This document shows positions 9,391 through 19,395 of a stretch of DNA of 64,000 bases, one piece after another (position 1 is the first letter of the stretch; each line of letters opens with the position of its first letter). The stretch is taken from positions 5,291 to 69,290 of the forward strand of contig CAXUGY010000013.1 of the NCBI GenBank assembly GCA_964250695.1. The letters run 5' to 3'. Source of the DNA: an uncultured Chthoniobacterales bacterium (GTDB lineage: Bacteria > Verrucomicrobiota > Verrucomicrobiia > Chthoniobacterales > SZAS-18). The notes below the pieces were generated by a model. It was not told where the DNA came from, did not search any database, and worked only from the letters and a program-made list of their open reading frames with translations. The position numbers and the translations under genes were made by a program.

Positions 9391-10550
9391 ATGCACCCGC
9401 GCACCACCGCCACCGCCCGGGCCAGGTCTTCCTCCGTGTTGTAAAAGTGCGGCGACCAGCGCAGATGCGCACGCCTCTGGCGGTCGAGCCGGATCGACGC
9501 CGTGATCTTTTCGTCCTGTAATTTCTGGAACAACGCCGTCATGTCTGCCCGCGGATGGGTCACCGCCAAGATGCCGCTGGCATTCGCGCCCTCCACCGGC
9601 CCCGCTGGCTCGAACCCCAGGGCCACGAGCGACCCCGCCAGGCTCCGCACCAACGACGCGATCCGCCCGGCCACCTGCTCCTTGCCCACCTCCAGAAGCA
9701 GCTCCAGCGACGCGGCCATCGCCAGGGTCGGTCCGAGGTTCAGCACGCCCGGCTCGTAGCGGGCCGCCGTGTCGGTAAAGACGATTTCTCCCTGCGAGAT
9801 GAAATCGGGCGAGCGCACGTTCGACGCGCCGAGCAGAATCGGCCGCAGCCGCGCGAAATGCTCTTTTTTCACGTAAACGATGCCCGCCGCCAGCGGACCC
9901 AGCATCCACTTGTGCGCGTCCGCCGCCAGAAAATCGACGTGCCGCACCGACAGCGGAAACGCGCCCAGCGTCTGGATGGCGTCCACGGAAAACAACACGC
10001 CCCGCGCGTGCAGCATCTGGCCGATGGCGTCCACGTCGATGCGATACCCGGTCAGGAAATACGCCGACGCCAACGCGACGAGCCGGGTGCGCGGCGTGAG
10101 GGCGGCGGCGACGACTTCGGGCGTGATTTCGCCGGGCCGTCCGGGCTGCAAGGCACGCGGGATCACGCCGCGCCGGGCGAGGTCGAGCCACGGATAAACG
10201 TTCGCCGGATAATCGTCCTCGTGGTAAACGACCTCGTCGCCGGGCGCCCAGTCCAACCCGCCCGCGAACAGGCTCAATCCCAGCGAGGTCGGGCCGAGCA
10301 GCGCGATTTCCTCCGGCGTGGCGTCGATGAGCCGGGCACACGTTTCCCGGGCAGCGCGAATCTGTTTGAGCGCGCGCACGTAATCATCCGGCCCGCTGAA
10401 CATCGCCTCCTCGGCGTGGGTCTTCAGCGTATCCGCCGCCACGCGCGGCAGGGGGCAGACCGCCGCGTGAGCCAGAAAAGTCTTCCGCTCGCAAATCGGG
10501 AACGCCCACCGCCGCGCCGCCTCGTCATTTAGCAAACTCGCCATCTCCAT
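9387..10550 (-). CDS. PLP-dependent aminotransferase class V (cysteine desulfurase-like)
   Basis: FSVDAIQ and ADAHKW (PLP lysine), SPHFYN. Confidence 0.88.
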   Translation of the reverse strand: MEMASLLNDEAARRWAFPICERKTFLAHAAVCPLPRVAADTLKTHAEEAMFSGPDDYVRALKQIRAARETCARLIDATPEEIALLGPTSLGLSLFAGGLDWAPGDEVVYHEDDYPANVYPWLDLARRGVIPRALQPGRPGEITPEVVAAALTPRTRLVALASAYFLTGYRIDVDAIGQMLHARGVLFSVDAIQTLGAFPLSVRHVDFLAADAHKWMLGPLAAGIVYVKKEHFARLRPILLGASNVRSPDFISQGEIVFTDTAARYEPGVLNLGPTLAMAASLELLLEVGKEQVAGRIASLVRSLAGSLVALGFEPAGPVEGANASGILAVTHPRADMTALFQKLQDEKITASIRLDRQRRAHLRWSPHFYNTEEDLARAVAVVRGCI

Positions 10551-10560
10551 AAAATCAGTC

Positions 10561-10620
10561 CTCCTCCGTCCTCTCTGCGTTCCTCCTGTCTTTTCTCCGC
10601 GTCCTCCGCGTTAAAATTCC
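10561..10620. repeat. Dispersed CTCTGCG/CTCCGCG-unit intergenic repeat (copy 1)
   Basis: Aligns with 21661-21718, both ending (C)GCGTTAAAATTCC; contains the stop of the symporter gene. Confidence 0.65.
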
Positions 10621-11882
10621 GGCTCCCCGTCGAGCGCCAGCGCGGCAGCGGGCACCGGCAGCGAAAGCAAGGCGCGCTCGCCCTCGGAATGCGCGATGAC
10701 CGCCGCCGCGCACGTCTGGCTGAACACGCTGACCGCGCCCCCGCCCATCGCCAGCAGCCGTTCCAGGATCAACCCGAGCGCCATCCCTTCGCCGCCCGAC
10801 CAGCCGGACAATCCGAGGAACGCGGTGGCCGTCAGCCCCGGCGCACCCAGGGTCAGCGCGCCCGCGCCGCAGCCCGCGAGCCAGGCGGTCGCCAGGATGC
10901 CCGCGAGCGTTGCCAGATCGATGCTCGTGCCCGCGTGCCGGCTGAGCGACACCGCCACCGCCGCCCACCCCAGCGCGAGGCCGTCGCGGTGCAGCGCGGC
11001 GCAGAGCGGCAGCGTCACGCTGGCGATCCGGTTGGGCACGCCGCCCTGCCGCCGGACGGCGTCGAGCGTCAAGGGCAACGCTCCTTCCACCGAACGACCG
11101 GCCAGCGCCGTGAGCATCGCCGGAACCATCGTGCCCAGGAACGTCAGCGGGTTGATCCGCGTGAGCCCCCACAGCACCCCCGGCAGGAACACCAGGCCGT
11201 AAACGGCCCAGCCGACCAACGGCGCGGCGAGCAACCGCCAGTACGTGCCGACGGTGGATTGCCAGGCGAACAACGCCTGCGAGGTGGTTTCCGAAGCCAG
11301 CAGCGCGAAGACGCCGAGCGGCAGAACCCGCCGCGTCCGGGCCAGCATGGGCTCGAGCGTTTCCTCCAGTCCTTGGCAGAAGCGTCCCAGCAGCCGGGCG
11401 TGGCCCTCCTCGATCTGGTTGCGGTAGTAACCGATCCCCAGGCACAGCCCGACGAGGCCCAGCCAGCCCCAGTTCAACACCGCCGCGAGCCGGGCGTCGC
11501 GCGCCACGCCGCTGAAATCCGCCGCCCGCGTGAACACCTCCGCCGGGAAACGCGTGCTGACCCCGAGCGCCACCCACATGGCCACGACCACCGCCAGCAA
11601 AGTGCTCGCCGCCATCCACGCGGCGGTTTTGCCGAGCAGGCGTTTGAGACCGCGCATCGTTTCCAGCCCGCCCAGGCCGAGCACGATCCCCGACACCACC
11701 GACACCACCGCGAGCGCGCGCATCCACGCCGTGAACACCGCGCCCGTCAGCGCGCAGACCTCCCTGCCCGCCAACGCGAGCGGTCCCGCGCCGGGCCGTG
11801 CCAACGCCAGGCCCGCGCCGACCCCCAACGCACCGGCCAGCAGCGTTTGCCAGGTCAAAAGAAAGTGCGGACGGGGGGACAT
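10611..11882 (-). CDS. Dicarboxylate/amino acid:cation symporter (GltP/DctA family), divergent
   Basis: Multi-pass hydrophobic protein; RSVEGALP, LPLCAALHRDG (variant of LPLGATINMDG), LILERLLAMGGGAVSVFS. Confidence 0.75.
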   Translation of the reverse strand: MSPRPHFLLTWQTLLAGALGVGAGLALARPGAGPLALAGREVCALTGAVFTAWMRALAVVSVVSGIVLGLGGLETMRGLKRLLGKTAAWMAASTLLAVVVAMWVALGVSTRFPAEVFTRAADFSGVARDARLAAVLNWGWLGLVGLCLGIGYYRNQIEEGHARLLGRFCQGLEETLEPMLARTRRVLPLGVFALLASETTSQALFAWQSTVGTYWRLLAAPLVGWAVYGLVFLPGVLWGLTRINPLTFLGTMVPAMLTALAGRSVEGALPLTLDAVRRQGGVPNRIASVTLPLCAALHRDGLALGWAAVAVSLSRHAGTSIDLATLAGILATAWLAGCGAGALTLGAPGLTATAFLGLSGWSGGEGMALGLILERLLAMGGGAVSVFSQTCAAAVIAHSEGERALLSLPVPAAALALDGEPEF

Positions 11883-12001
11883 CGAAACGTGAAAATAAGG
11901 CAGGCGGCCCCCAGAGCAAGCGCCGCCGCCACAAAGACGGAATTGCGCGGGGCCGGTTTCTGTTCCAAGATGATCCTCCCGATGACCCCGGTTTCCGCAC
12001 T

Positions 12002-13354
12002 ATGAGCACTCCCGTCCGCGTCCGTTTCGCCCCCTCGCCCACCGGCTTTCTGCACGTCGGCGGGGCGCGCACCGCGTTGTTCAACTGGCTGTACGCCAGG
12101 CACACCGGCGGCCGGTTCGTCCTGCGCATCGAGGACACCGACAAGGCGCGCAACACGGTCGAGGCCGTGCAGGTCATCTACGACGGCCTGAAGTGGCTCG
12201 GCCTGGACTGGGACGAAGGCCCCGGCAAGGGCGGCGGCCACGGTCCCTACTTCCAGAGCGAGCGCGACGCCATCTACGAGACTTACCTCGGCAAGCTGCA
12301 AGCCGCCGGAGCCGTTTACATCGACGACAAGGGGGCCACGCGTTTCAAACTGCCGCGCCAGTTGATCGTCATGGACGACCTCGTGTGCGGACACGTCGAG
12401 GTGGACCGCGCCAAGCCGATCAATCCGCTCGGCGACCTGGAGCCGGACATGACCATTCGCCGCCCCGACGGCTCGTGGATCTTCCACTTCGTGAACGTCG
12501 TGGATGACATCGAGATGGGCATCACGCACGTCATCCGCGGCGAGGACCATCTTTCCAACACGCCCAAGCACATCGAGCTTTATCAGGCGTTGGGCGTGAC
12601 CCCGCCGCAGTTCGCGCACATCCCGCTGATCCTCAACCGCGAGGGCGGCAAGATGAGCAAGCGCGACCAGGGTGCCAGCGTGCAGAGCTACATCGACCAG
12701 GGCTACGTCCCCGAGGCGGTCGCCAATTACCTGTGCCTGCTCGGTTGGTCGCCCAAGGACAACCGGGAGAAACTCTCGCTCGACGAGGTCGCCGGATTGT
12801 TCGAGTTGGACAAGGTCAACCGCCGCAACGCCGCGTTCGATCCCGACAAATGCTTCTGGCTCAACGGGCAATACATCGCGCAGATGAGCCTGGAGCGGTT
12901 CCGCGAGTTGTGCCTGCCGGTATTGCTGGACGCCGGTTTGCCGGTCGGGCAATTTTCCAACGCCTACGTGGACGGCGTGCTGGCGTCGGTCAAGGAGAAG
13001 ATCAAGCTGCTCAAGGACGTGCCCGCGTGGTCGGCGTATTTCTTCACCGACGATTTCGCGTTCGACGAGGAGGCCGTGACGAAAACGTTGCGCGCGCCCG
13101 GCGCGACTGAACGCCTGGAACAACTGGCGGCGCGGTTGGAAACGCTTTCCCCGGCAGCGTGGACGCACGACGATCTGGAAGCAGCGTTCAAGACGCTGGC
13201 GGCGGAGGCGGGCGTCAAGACGGCGGCGTTCATCCACCCGGCGCGCGTGGCCGCCAGCGGTCGCGCGGTCGGTCCGAGTTTGTACCACCTGCTCGCGCTG
13301 TTGGGGAAAGAAAAGGTCGTCGCCCGGTTGCAAAGCGCGGCCCGCCCGCACTGA
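12002..13354 (+). CDS. gltX: Glutamate--tRNA ligase
   Basis: VRVRFAPSPTGFLHVGG, LRIEDTD, HVIRGEDHLSNT, KMSKR. Confidence 0.95.
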   Translation: MSTPVRVRFAPSPTGFLHVGGARTALFNWLYARHTGGRFVLRIEDTDKARNTVEAVQVIYDGLKWLGLDWDEGPGKGGGHGPYFQSERDAIYETYLGKLQAAGAVYIDDKGATRFKLPRQLIVMDDLVCGHVEVDRAKPINPLGDLEPDMTIRRPDGSWIFHFVNVVDDIEMGITHVIRGEDHLSNTPKHIELYQALGVTPPQFAHIPLILNREGGKMSKRDQGASVQSYIDQGYVPEAVANYLCLLGWSPKDNREKLSLDEVAGLFELDKVNRRNAAFDPDKCFWLNGQYIAQMSLERFRELCLPVLLDAGLPVGQFSNAYVDGVLASVKEKIKLLKDVPAWSAYFFTDDFAFDEEAVTKTLRAPGATERLEQLAARLETLSPAAWTHDDLEAAFKTLAAEAGVKTAAFIHPARVAASGRAVGPSLYHLLALLGKEKVVARLQSAARPH

Positions 13355-13361
13355 CGAACCC

Positions 13362-14303
13362 GTGGCCGCCGACGAGGAAAACGCCGGGCGGGCAGTCTAC
13401 ACGCTGGCCGACCTGCGCGACTGGCCGCACGCCACCGCGCAGGTAAAAACGCCCCTGCGGCTCGCGGTGCTGGGCGACCCGGTGGCGCATTCCGCGTCGC
13501 CCCCGATGCACAACGCCGCGCTGGCGGCCGGCGGCATCGACGCGCGCTACACACGCCTGCACATCCGGGCCGACGAACTCCCGGAAGCCCTCCGGCTGGT
13601 TGTCCGCGCCGGGTTCATCGGCGTCAACCTGACTCTCCCGCACAAGGTCGCGGCGTTGTCGCTGCTCGACGAGGTGGACCCGCACGCCGCCGCCCTGGGC
13701 GCGGTCAACACGGTGCGCCTGCACGGGGACGGTCGGCTGCACGGGTTCAACACGGACGGCCCGGGATTCGTCCAGGCCATCCGCGCGGACTTCGGCGTGG
13801 ACCTGCGCGATTTGCGCGTGTTGATCCTCGGCGCGGGCGGCGGAGCGGGCCGCGCATTGGCGACCCAGTGCGCACTGGCCGGTTGCCCGCGTCTGGCGCT
13901 CGTGAACCGCACCCCCGAAAAAATCCGCGCGCTGGCCGAATCCTTGCGGGACCTGCGGGCGACCGGCACGGAAATCTCGACCCTCGCCTGGGAAACAGCC
14001 GTCCTGTCAACGGCTTTGCAGGAAACAGACCTCGTGGTCAACGCGTCTTCCGTCGGCTTGAGACCCGGTGACGCGTCGCCGTTGGCCGGGGTCCCCGTCC
14101 CGCCCCGGCTGCTGGTGTTCGACACGGTGTACCGGGCGGATGGCCGTTCGACGCCGCTCGTCGCTGCCGCGCGTGCCGACGGCGCCAGCGCGGTCGGCGG
14201 GATGTCCATGCTCCTGCACCAGGGCGCGCTGGCCTTCGAGCGTTGGTTTGCGCGCCCGGCCCCGCTGGCCATCATGCAACGGGCGCTCGAACCTGCCCGT
14301 TGA
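13362..14303 (+). CDS. aroE: Shikimate dehydrogenase
   Basis: GDPVAHSASP, NLTLPHK, GAVNT, NTDGPG, LGAGGGAG, MLLHQGA. Confidence 0.93.
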   Translation: MAADEENAGRAVYTLADLRDWPHATAQVKTPLRLAVLGDPVAHSASPPMHNAALAAGGIDARYTRLHIRADELPEALRLVVRAGFIGVNLTLPHKVAALSLLDEVDPHAAALGAVNTVRLHGDGRLHGFNTDGPGFVQAIRADFGVDLRDLRVLILGAGGGAGRALATQCALAGCPRLALVNRTPEKIRALAESLRDLRATGTEISTLAWETAVLSTALQETDLVVNASSVGLRPGDASPLAGVPVPPRLLVFDTVYRADGRSTPLVAAARADGASAVGGMSMLLHQGALAFERWFARPAPLAIMQRALEPAR

Positions 14304-14311
14304 AAACCGGC

Positions 14312-14557
14312 CTACCAATAAGGCAGGGACGGGCCGTGCTTGAAGGTCTGCGAGTCGTTGTCCAGCACGTAGGTTTTGCCGCTCCGGGTGTCGAGCAGGG
14401 AGCCGCCCGCGCCCCAGGGAACGTACCGCCCGTTGACCTCGCTCGTGCCCCGGCCACCGAAATAAGTCCCGATCAAAAAGGCGATCACCGCCGTGCCGAT
14501 CAGCTTGGTGCGCACGCTCAGCCGGTCGAGAAAAGCTTTCAGAAGACTCAGATTCAT
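14312..14557 (-). CDS. Hypothetical 81-aa protein with one N-terminal hydrophobic helix
   Basis: C-terminal part of ORF 14312..15043 (MNLSLLKAFLDRLSVRTKLIGTAVIAFLIGTYFGG...) fills the gap between convergent aroE and the divergent GGCT gene. Confidence 0.5.
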   Translation of the reverse strand: MNLSLLKAFLDRLSVRTKLIGTAVIAFLIGTYFGGRGTSEVNGRYVPWGAGGSLLDTRSGKTYVLDNDSQTFKHGPSLPYW

Positions 14558-14632
14558 CGTGGCGCACTCTAGTCCGCGCCGACGAAGGTTCAAGTCCCTT
14601 GAAGCCCGGTCTCCCCGCCGCCAACCTTTGCC

Positions 14633-15055
14633 ATGCACCTCTTCGTTTACGGCACCTTGCGACGGTCGGCCGCCCACCCGATGCACCGCCTGCTCCTCCC
14701 GGCGGCGTTCGTCGGTCCGGGCCGATTCCAGGGCAAGCTCTACGATCTGGGCCGTTACCCCGCCGCCGTTGCTTCCGCCGACCCCGCCGACACGGTCCAC
14801 GGCGAGGTTTACCTGCTGCACGCACCCGCCGCAACCCTCGCCGCGCTGGACCGTTACGAAGGCTGCTCGCCCGACGAGCCCGCGCCGCACGAATATGTCC
14901 GCGCCGCCGCCGCGATCCGGTTGGACACCGACTCCCGGCTCGTCGCCGCCCAGATTTACCTCTACAACCGGCCGACGGCCCACCTCACACGGATCGAGCC
15001 GGGCGACTATCTGGCGTTCCTGACGCCACGGCCTTCCCCGCAAGCCGAGGCGTGA
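14633..15055 (+). CDS. Gamma-glutamylcyclotransferase (AIG2-like) family protein
   Basis: LFVYGTLRR, VHGEVY, LDRYEG. Confidence 0.9.
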   Translation: MHLFVYGTLRRSAAHPMHRLLLPAAFVGPGRFQGKLYDLGRYPAAVASADPADTVHGEVYLLHAPAATLAALDRYEGCSPDEPAPHEYVRAAAAIRLDTDSRLVAAQIYLYNRPTAHLTRIEPGDYLAFLTPRPSPQAEA

Positions 15056-15170
15056 AAAAAAGGAACGCTCCCGGCAAACTCCACCACCATTTCAGGCTGA
15101 AACCCGCCGCGCCGATTCTCCGTTTCCACGCCGCCGCCATGGCAAACGGCTGTCCCAGCCAACCGCAGGC

Positions 15171-15818
15171 TCACGTGAGCCGCCCGGCATACCCGAGCAC
15201 CGCCACGAGGTGACACGCGCTCCCGGCCAACACGAAACCGTGCCAATAACAGTGGGAATAATGCAGCCGTTCCCACGCGAAGAAGATCACGCCCACGCTG
15301 TAGCACAGCCCGCCCGCGAGCACCCAAAAGAAACCGCCCAGACCGATCTGCGCCACCAACGGACGGATGACGATCAACACCATCCAACCCATCAGCAGGT
15401 AAACCGTCGTCGAAAGGCGCGGGTAGCGAAAGCCGACTTTCAGCTTCAACGTCACCCCCATCGCCGCCAGCGTCCACACGGCCACCAGCAGGCTCCAGCC
15501 CCACGGGCCGCGCAACGCCCCCAGCGCAAACGGCGTGTACGTGCCCGCGATCAACAAATAAATCGCCGCGTGGTCGAGCAGACGGCAAAACACCTTGGCC
15601 CGCCCGGCAGGCAGCAGGTGGTAAAGCGTCGAAGCTCCGTAGAGCAGGACCAGCGAGACGCCGAAAACGATCCCGCCGACCAGTTGCCAGTGATCGTGCC
15701 GGCGCAAGGCCGAACCGATCAGCAACGGCAAGGCCACGAGGCCCGCCAGCAGAAAACCCACGCCGTGGCTCAGGGTGTTGGCCAGTTCTTCACCGCGAGT
15801 AAGAGGACGTTCGGTCAT
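15171..15818 (-). CDS. Hemolysin III/PAQR family membrane protein
   Basis: EELANTLSHG, STLYH, LDHAAIYLLIAGTYTP, WHGFVLAGSACH. Confidence 0.92.
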   Translation of the reverse strand: MTERPLTRGEELANTLSHGVGFLLAGLVALPLLIGSALRRHDHWQLVGGIVFGVSLVLLYGASTLYHLLPAGRAKVFCRLLDHAAIYLLIAGTYTPFALGALRGPWGWSLLVAVWTLAAMGVTLKLKVGFRYPRLSTTVYLLMGWMVLIVIRPLVAQIGLGGFFWVLAGGLCYSVGVIFFAWERLHYSHCYWHGFVLAGSACHLVAVLGYAGRLT

Positions 15819-15928
15819 GATGGTTTGACAGCCCAAGCTGAACCTGATTCATCGCAACAAACTACCCTGTCATCCGCCCTTTGTCGATGCCGCCGGGCAC
15901 CACGCGCACGAAACGCCCGGCCGGCCGG

Positions 15929-18475
15929 TCACGGCGAGCCTCCTTCGGAAAACCAGCCGAAGCTCGGCGTCGATTCGTCCTCCCGGGTGCGGGGCTTGCC
16001 TTTGCGCGCGTGCGCGGTCGTGGACGGCACGTCGAAGACTTCCGCCTTCGTGCCGCCCGTTTCCAACCGTCCCAGGATTTCCTTCGCCCGGTCGATGATT
16101 TCCGCCGGTAACCCGGCCAGCCGCGCGACCTGAATCCCGTAGGAACGGTCCGCCGCGCCGGGGATGATCCGGTGCAAAAACACGATCTCGTCGTTCCACT
16201 CGCGCACGGCCACCGTGAAGTTTTTTGCCGCCGGGTGCGTGACGGCCAGCTCGGTCAACTCGTGGTAATGCGTGGCGAAGAGCGTCAGCGCGCCCGTCCG
16301 GTCGTGCAGGTGTTCGGCCACGCTCCAGGCGATGGAGAGGCCGTCGTAGGTCGAGGTTCCGCGCCCGATTTCGTCGAGGATCACGAGGCTCTGCGCCGTC
16401 GCGTGATGGATGATGTTCGCCGTCTCGTTCATCTCCACGAGAAACGTGCTCTGGCCCTTCGACAAGTCGTCGTTGGCCCCGACGCGGGTAAAGATGCGAT
16501 CCACCAACCCGATCTCCGCCTCCGCGGCCGGGACGTAACTCCCGGTCTGCGCCATCAGCACGAGCAACGCCGTCTGGCGCAGGTAGGTCGATTTGCCCGC
16601 CATGTTCGGCCCGGTCAACACGATGAGCCGATTCTCCGCCCGGTCGAGCGCCACGTCGTTGGGCACGAATTTCTCCCCGGCCAACTGCTGGTCCAACACC
16701 GGGTGCCGTCCGTCCCGGATGCGGATCGCTCCGGGCTCCGCCAGCCGGGGCCGGCAGTAGTTGAACTGCCGCGCCGTTTCCGCCAGCCCGGCCAACGCGT
16801 CGAACGCCGCTATCGCCGCCGCCGTTTTTTGCAACGACGCGGTTTCCTGCAAAACCTCCTGCCGCAGCTCGATGAAAAGTTGCGTCTCCAACTGGTGCGC
16901 GCGTTCCTCCGCCCCGAGAATCCGGCTTTCCATTTCTTTCAATTCGGGCGTGACGAACCGTTCGCCGCCCGCCGTCGTCTGTTTACGCTGGTAACGCTCC
17001 GGCACGCTGCCGAGGTTGCTCTTGGTGATTTCGATGTAGTAGCCGAACACCGAGTTGTACCGGATCTTGAGCGACTTGATCCCGGTGGTCTCGATCTCGC
17101 GTTCCTGCAAGGCGGCGATCCAGTCACGGCCCTCGGTCGTGGCGCGGCGCAGTGCGTCCAGTTCCGCGTGGTAGCCGTCGCGGAACATGCCGCCTTCCTT
17201 CACCCCGGCGGGCGGTTCGGGGGCGAGCGCCTGTTCCAGCCGGGCGGCGAGAAGCGGTAGCGGGTGCATCTGGCGTTCGACCCGCGCGGGCAGGCCGTCC
17301 CCCGGCGCACCGGCGGCGACCAACGATTGCAAAATCCGCTTCAATTCGGGCACCACCGCCAGCGACGCGCCCAACGCCGACAGGTCGCGCGCGTTGCCGT
17401 TGGCCTGGCTGAGCCGCCCGACGGTGCGTTCGAGATCGCGCACCTCGCGCAAGGTTTCCCGCGCCTGCCGCAAGCAATCCGGCGCGGCCAGCAGGTCGGC
17501 GATGAATTGCTGCCGGGCTTCCAACGCCGCCACGTCGCGCAACGGATAGAGCAGCCACTGCCGCAACTGCCGCGCGCCGAGCGGCGTCACCGTGCGGTCC
17601 AACGCCGCCAGCAAACTCGTGCCGCCCTCCGCGCGCGGCTTGACGATTTCCAGGTGCGCCTGCGAAACCTGGTCCAGCACCAGAAACGCCTCCGCCCGGT
17701 AGCTCCGCAGCGTCAGCACGTGGTCCAGCGACCGGCGCATCTGGTGTTGGAGATAATGAAAAATCGCTCCCGCCGCGCTCACCCCCCGGGGCAGGTTCGC
17801 GCAGCCGAAACCGTCGAGCGACTGCACGCGAAAATGCTCCCGCAGCGTGAAATCCGCCTGCTCGAAGATGAACGCGTGGGCGTCGTAAGGCTGCGTCCCG
17901 GTGAAATCCTGGAACGCCTGCGCCTGCGCCGGTTCGTCGCTGACGATGAACTCCGCCGGGGACACCCGCGCCAGTTCGTCGAGCAACGCCGCGCCGTCCG
18001 GCAGTTCCGTGACGCGGAAACTCCCCGTCGTCAGATCGAGGTAGGCGAACCCGTAACCCCCCTTGCGGAAACACGCGGCGGCGAGGTAATGATTGCGCCC
18101 GGCGTCGAGGAGTTGTGTGTTGTTGACCGTGCCCGCGCTGAGCACTTGCGTCACTTCCCGCTCGACCAGTTTGCCGGGCAGCACGTCGCCCTTTTGCTCG
18201 CAGATGGCGACGCGCTTGCCCGCCTTGATGAGCTTGGAGATGTACAGTTCCGCCGCGTGAAAAGGCACGCCGCACATCGGCGTCTCCTGACGGCGCGTGA
18301 GCGTGACGTTGAGGATCGGGCTGGCGGTCTTGGCGTCCTCGTTGAACAACTCGTAGAAATCACCCAACCGGAAAAACAGCAGCACGTCGGCGGGCAGGCT
18401 CGCCCGGATGCGCTGGTATTGGCGCATCATCGGCGTGGTCGCGGCGGGCAATTCGTCTGGAGGGCCGGAAGACAA
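15929..18475 (-). CDS. mutS: DNA mismatch repair protein MutS
   Basis: TPMMRQY, FFRLGDFYELF, TGPNMAGKST, STFLVEM, LDEIGRGTST, FATHYHEL, SYGIQVARLAGLP. Confidence 0.97.
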   Translation of the reverse strand: MSSGPPDELPAATTPMMRQYQRIRASLPADVLLFFRLGDFYELFNEDAKTASPILNVTLTRRQETPMCGVPFHAAELYISKLIKAGKRVAICEQKGDVLPGKLVEREVTQVLSAGTVNNTQLLDAGRNHYLAAACFRKGGYGFAYLDLTTGSFRVTELPDGAALLDELARVSPAEFIVSDEPAQAQAFQDFTGTQPYDAHAFIFEQADFTLREHFRVQSLDGFGCANLPRGVSAAGAIFHYLQHQMRRSLDHVLTLRSYRAEAFLVLDQVSQAHLEIVKPRAEGGTSLLAALDRTVTPLGARQLRQWLLYPLRDVAALEARQQFIADLLAAPDCLRQARETLREVRDLERTVGRLSQANGNARDLSALGASLAVVPELKRILQSLVAAGAPGDGLPARVERQMHPLPLLAARLEQALAPEPPAGVKEGGMFRDGYHAELDALRRATTEGRDWIAALQEREIETTGIKSLKIRYNSVFGYYIEITKSNLGSVPERYQRKQTTAGGERFVTPELKEMESRILGAEERAHQLETQLFIELRQEVLQETASLQKTAAAIAAFDALAGLAETARQFNYCRPRLAEPGAIRIRDGRHPVLDQQLAGEKFVPNDVALDRAENRLIVLTGPNMAGKSTYLRQTALLVLMAQTGSYVPAAEAEIGLVDRIFTRVGANDDLSKGQSTFLVEMNETANIIHHATAQSLVILDEIGRGTSTYDGLSIAWSVAEHLHDRTGALTLFATHYHELTELAVTHPAAKNFTVAVREWNDEIVFLHRIIPGAADRSYGIQVARLAGLPAEIIDRAKEILGRLETGGTKAEVFDVPSTTAHARKGKPRTREDESTPSFGWFSEGGSP

Positions 18476-18533
18476 GCCGTCAGATTATCCGCGCCCTTCC
18501 GGCGCCGCAAGGCCCGGTTGCGGCGCGGACAGA

Positions 18534-19280
18534 CTAACCGCTCCCGTGGTCCGTGTACCGCCGCACCACCGCCCCGGTGTGCGCGTTCACGTCGATGTTC
18601 CTGACTTGGACGACCGGCCCGTCCCCCGGCAGCGCCTGCTCGAAATGCCAGACGATCCGCGCATGTTTCTCGTCGTAGGCGATGTTCACCGTGGTCGCCC
18701 TGGCGTCGATCATCCCTCTGGAAATCAGCCCTGCCGTCACCCCGGCCAGCGGCGCGATTTTGAGTTTCCCCGGCTCGGCGGCAAACGGCGGCAGATCGAT
18801 CTCCCGCACGACGCTGCCGTCGCGCCGCGCCGCTATCGACGCCGTGTAAACCCGGATGCCCACCTCCGGCATCTCGAACTCGAACCACAACAAATAAGTC
18901 GGCACCTCCGGCCGGAATTTCCGCGAGGCGGGCAACACCCGGTGCAACTCGGCGAGGTTCACCGCTTCGCCCCCGGCGAACTTCAGCCGGTCATAAAATT
19001 CCTCGCCTAGGCGCGCCTTCAAATGCGCGGCCACGGTCTCACGCGCCTCGCTCGACACGTCGGTCCAGGCTTTCAGCTCCCTCGGCTCGTAGGGATAATA
19101 GGCCGTCGGTTCCTTGCTAGGCGGTCCGATGGCGGTCTGGTCGCCGACCGGCGTGAAGAGGCTGCCATGAAACGGCGGCGCGGCGGACGCCCGGGTGAGC
19201 ATCCACGGCGCCAGCCAGGCCATGGTCAGGACGGCACACGCCAACCCTCGGGAGTATCGGCGAAGAACGTGGGTGGGCAT
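18534..19280 (-). CDS. Hypothetical exported protein, C-terminal PepSY-like segment
   Basis: Signal-like N-terminus (RRYSRGLACAVLTMAWLAPWMLTRASA); C-terminal IDVNAHTGAVV resembles PepSY. Confidence 0.6.
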   Translation of the reverse strand: MPTHVLRRYSRGLACAVLTMAWLAPWMLTRASAAPPFHGSLFTPVGDQTAIGPPSKEPTAYYPYEPRELKAWTDVSSEARETVAAHLKARLGEEFYDRLKFAGGEAVNLAELHRVLPASRKFRPEVPTYLLWFEFEMPEVGIRVYTASIAARRDGSVVREIDLPPFAAEPGKLKIAPLAGVTAGLISRGMIDARATTVNIAYDEKHARIVWHFEQALPGDGPVVQVRNIDVNAHTGAVVRRYTDHGSG

Positions 19281-19302
19281 CGGGGGAACCGTCAAACGGC
19301 AT

Positions 19303-19331
19303 CATTGATAATCCACTTTGTTTTATCAATG
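19303..19331. promoter_or_regulatory. Perfect AT-rich inverted repeat CATTGATAA-N11-TTATCAATG (candidate operator)
   Basis: 9-bp arms read directly from the sequence, in the divergent intergenic region upstream of aas. Confidence 0.4.
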
Positions 19332-19395
19332 CACGAATTGATCTAGAATCAGGGATCATGTTCTCATGCCATCTGCTAGATTCTCATCCCCCGCC

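Noticed and set aside
14330-14345. AAGGCAGGGACGG resembling the REP 5' end
   Set aside because: Partial match inside a probable coding region without the palindromic body
15171-15818. Virulence interpretation of the hemolysin III gene
   Set aside because: PAQR/HlyIII proteins are widespread membrane-homeostasis proteins; nothing in the context suggests a toxin
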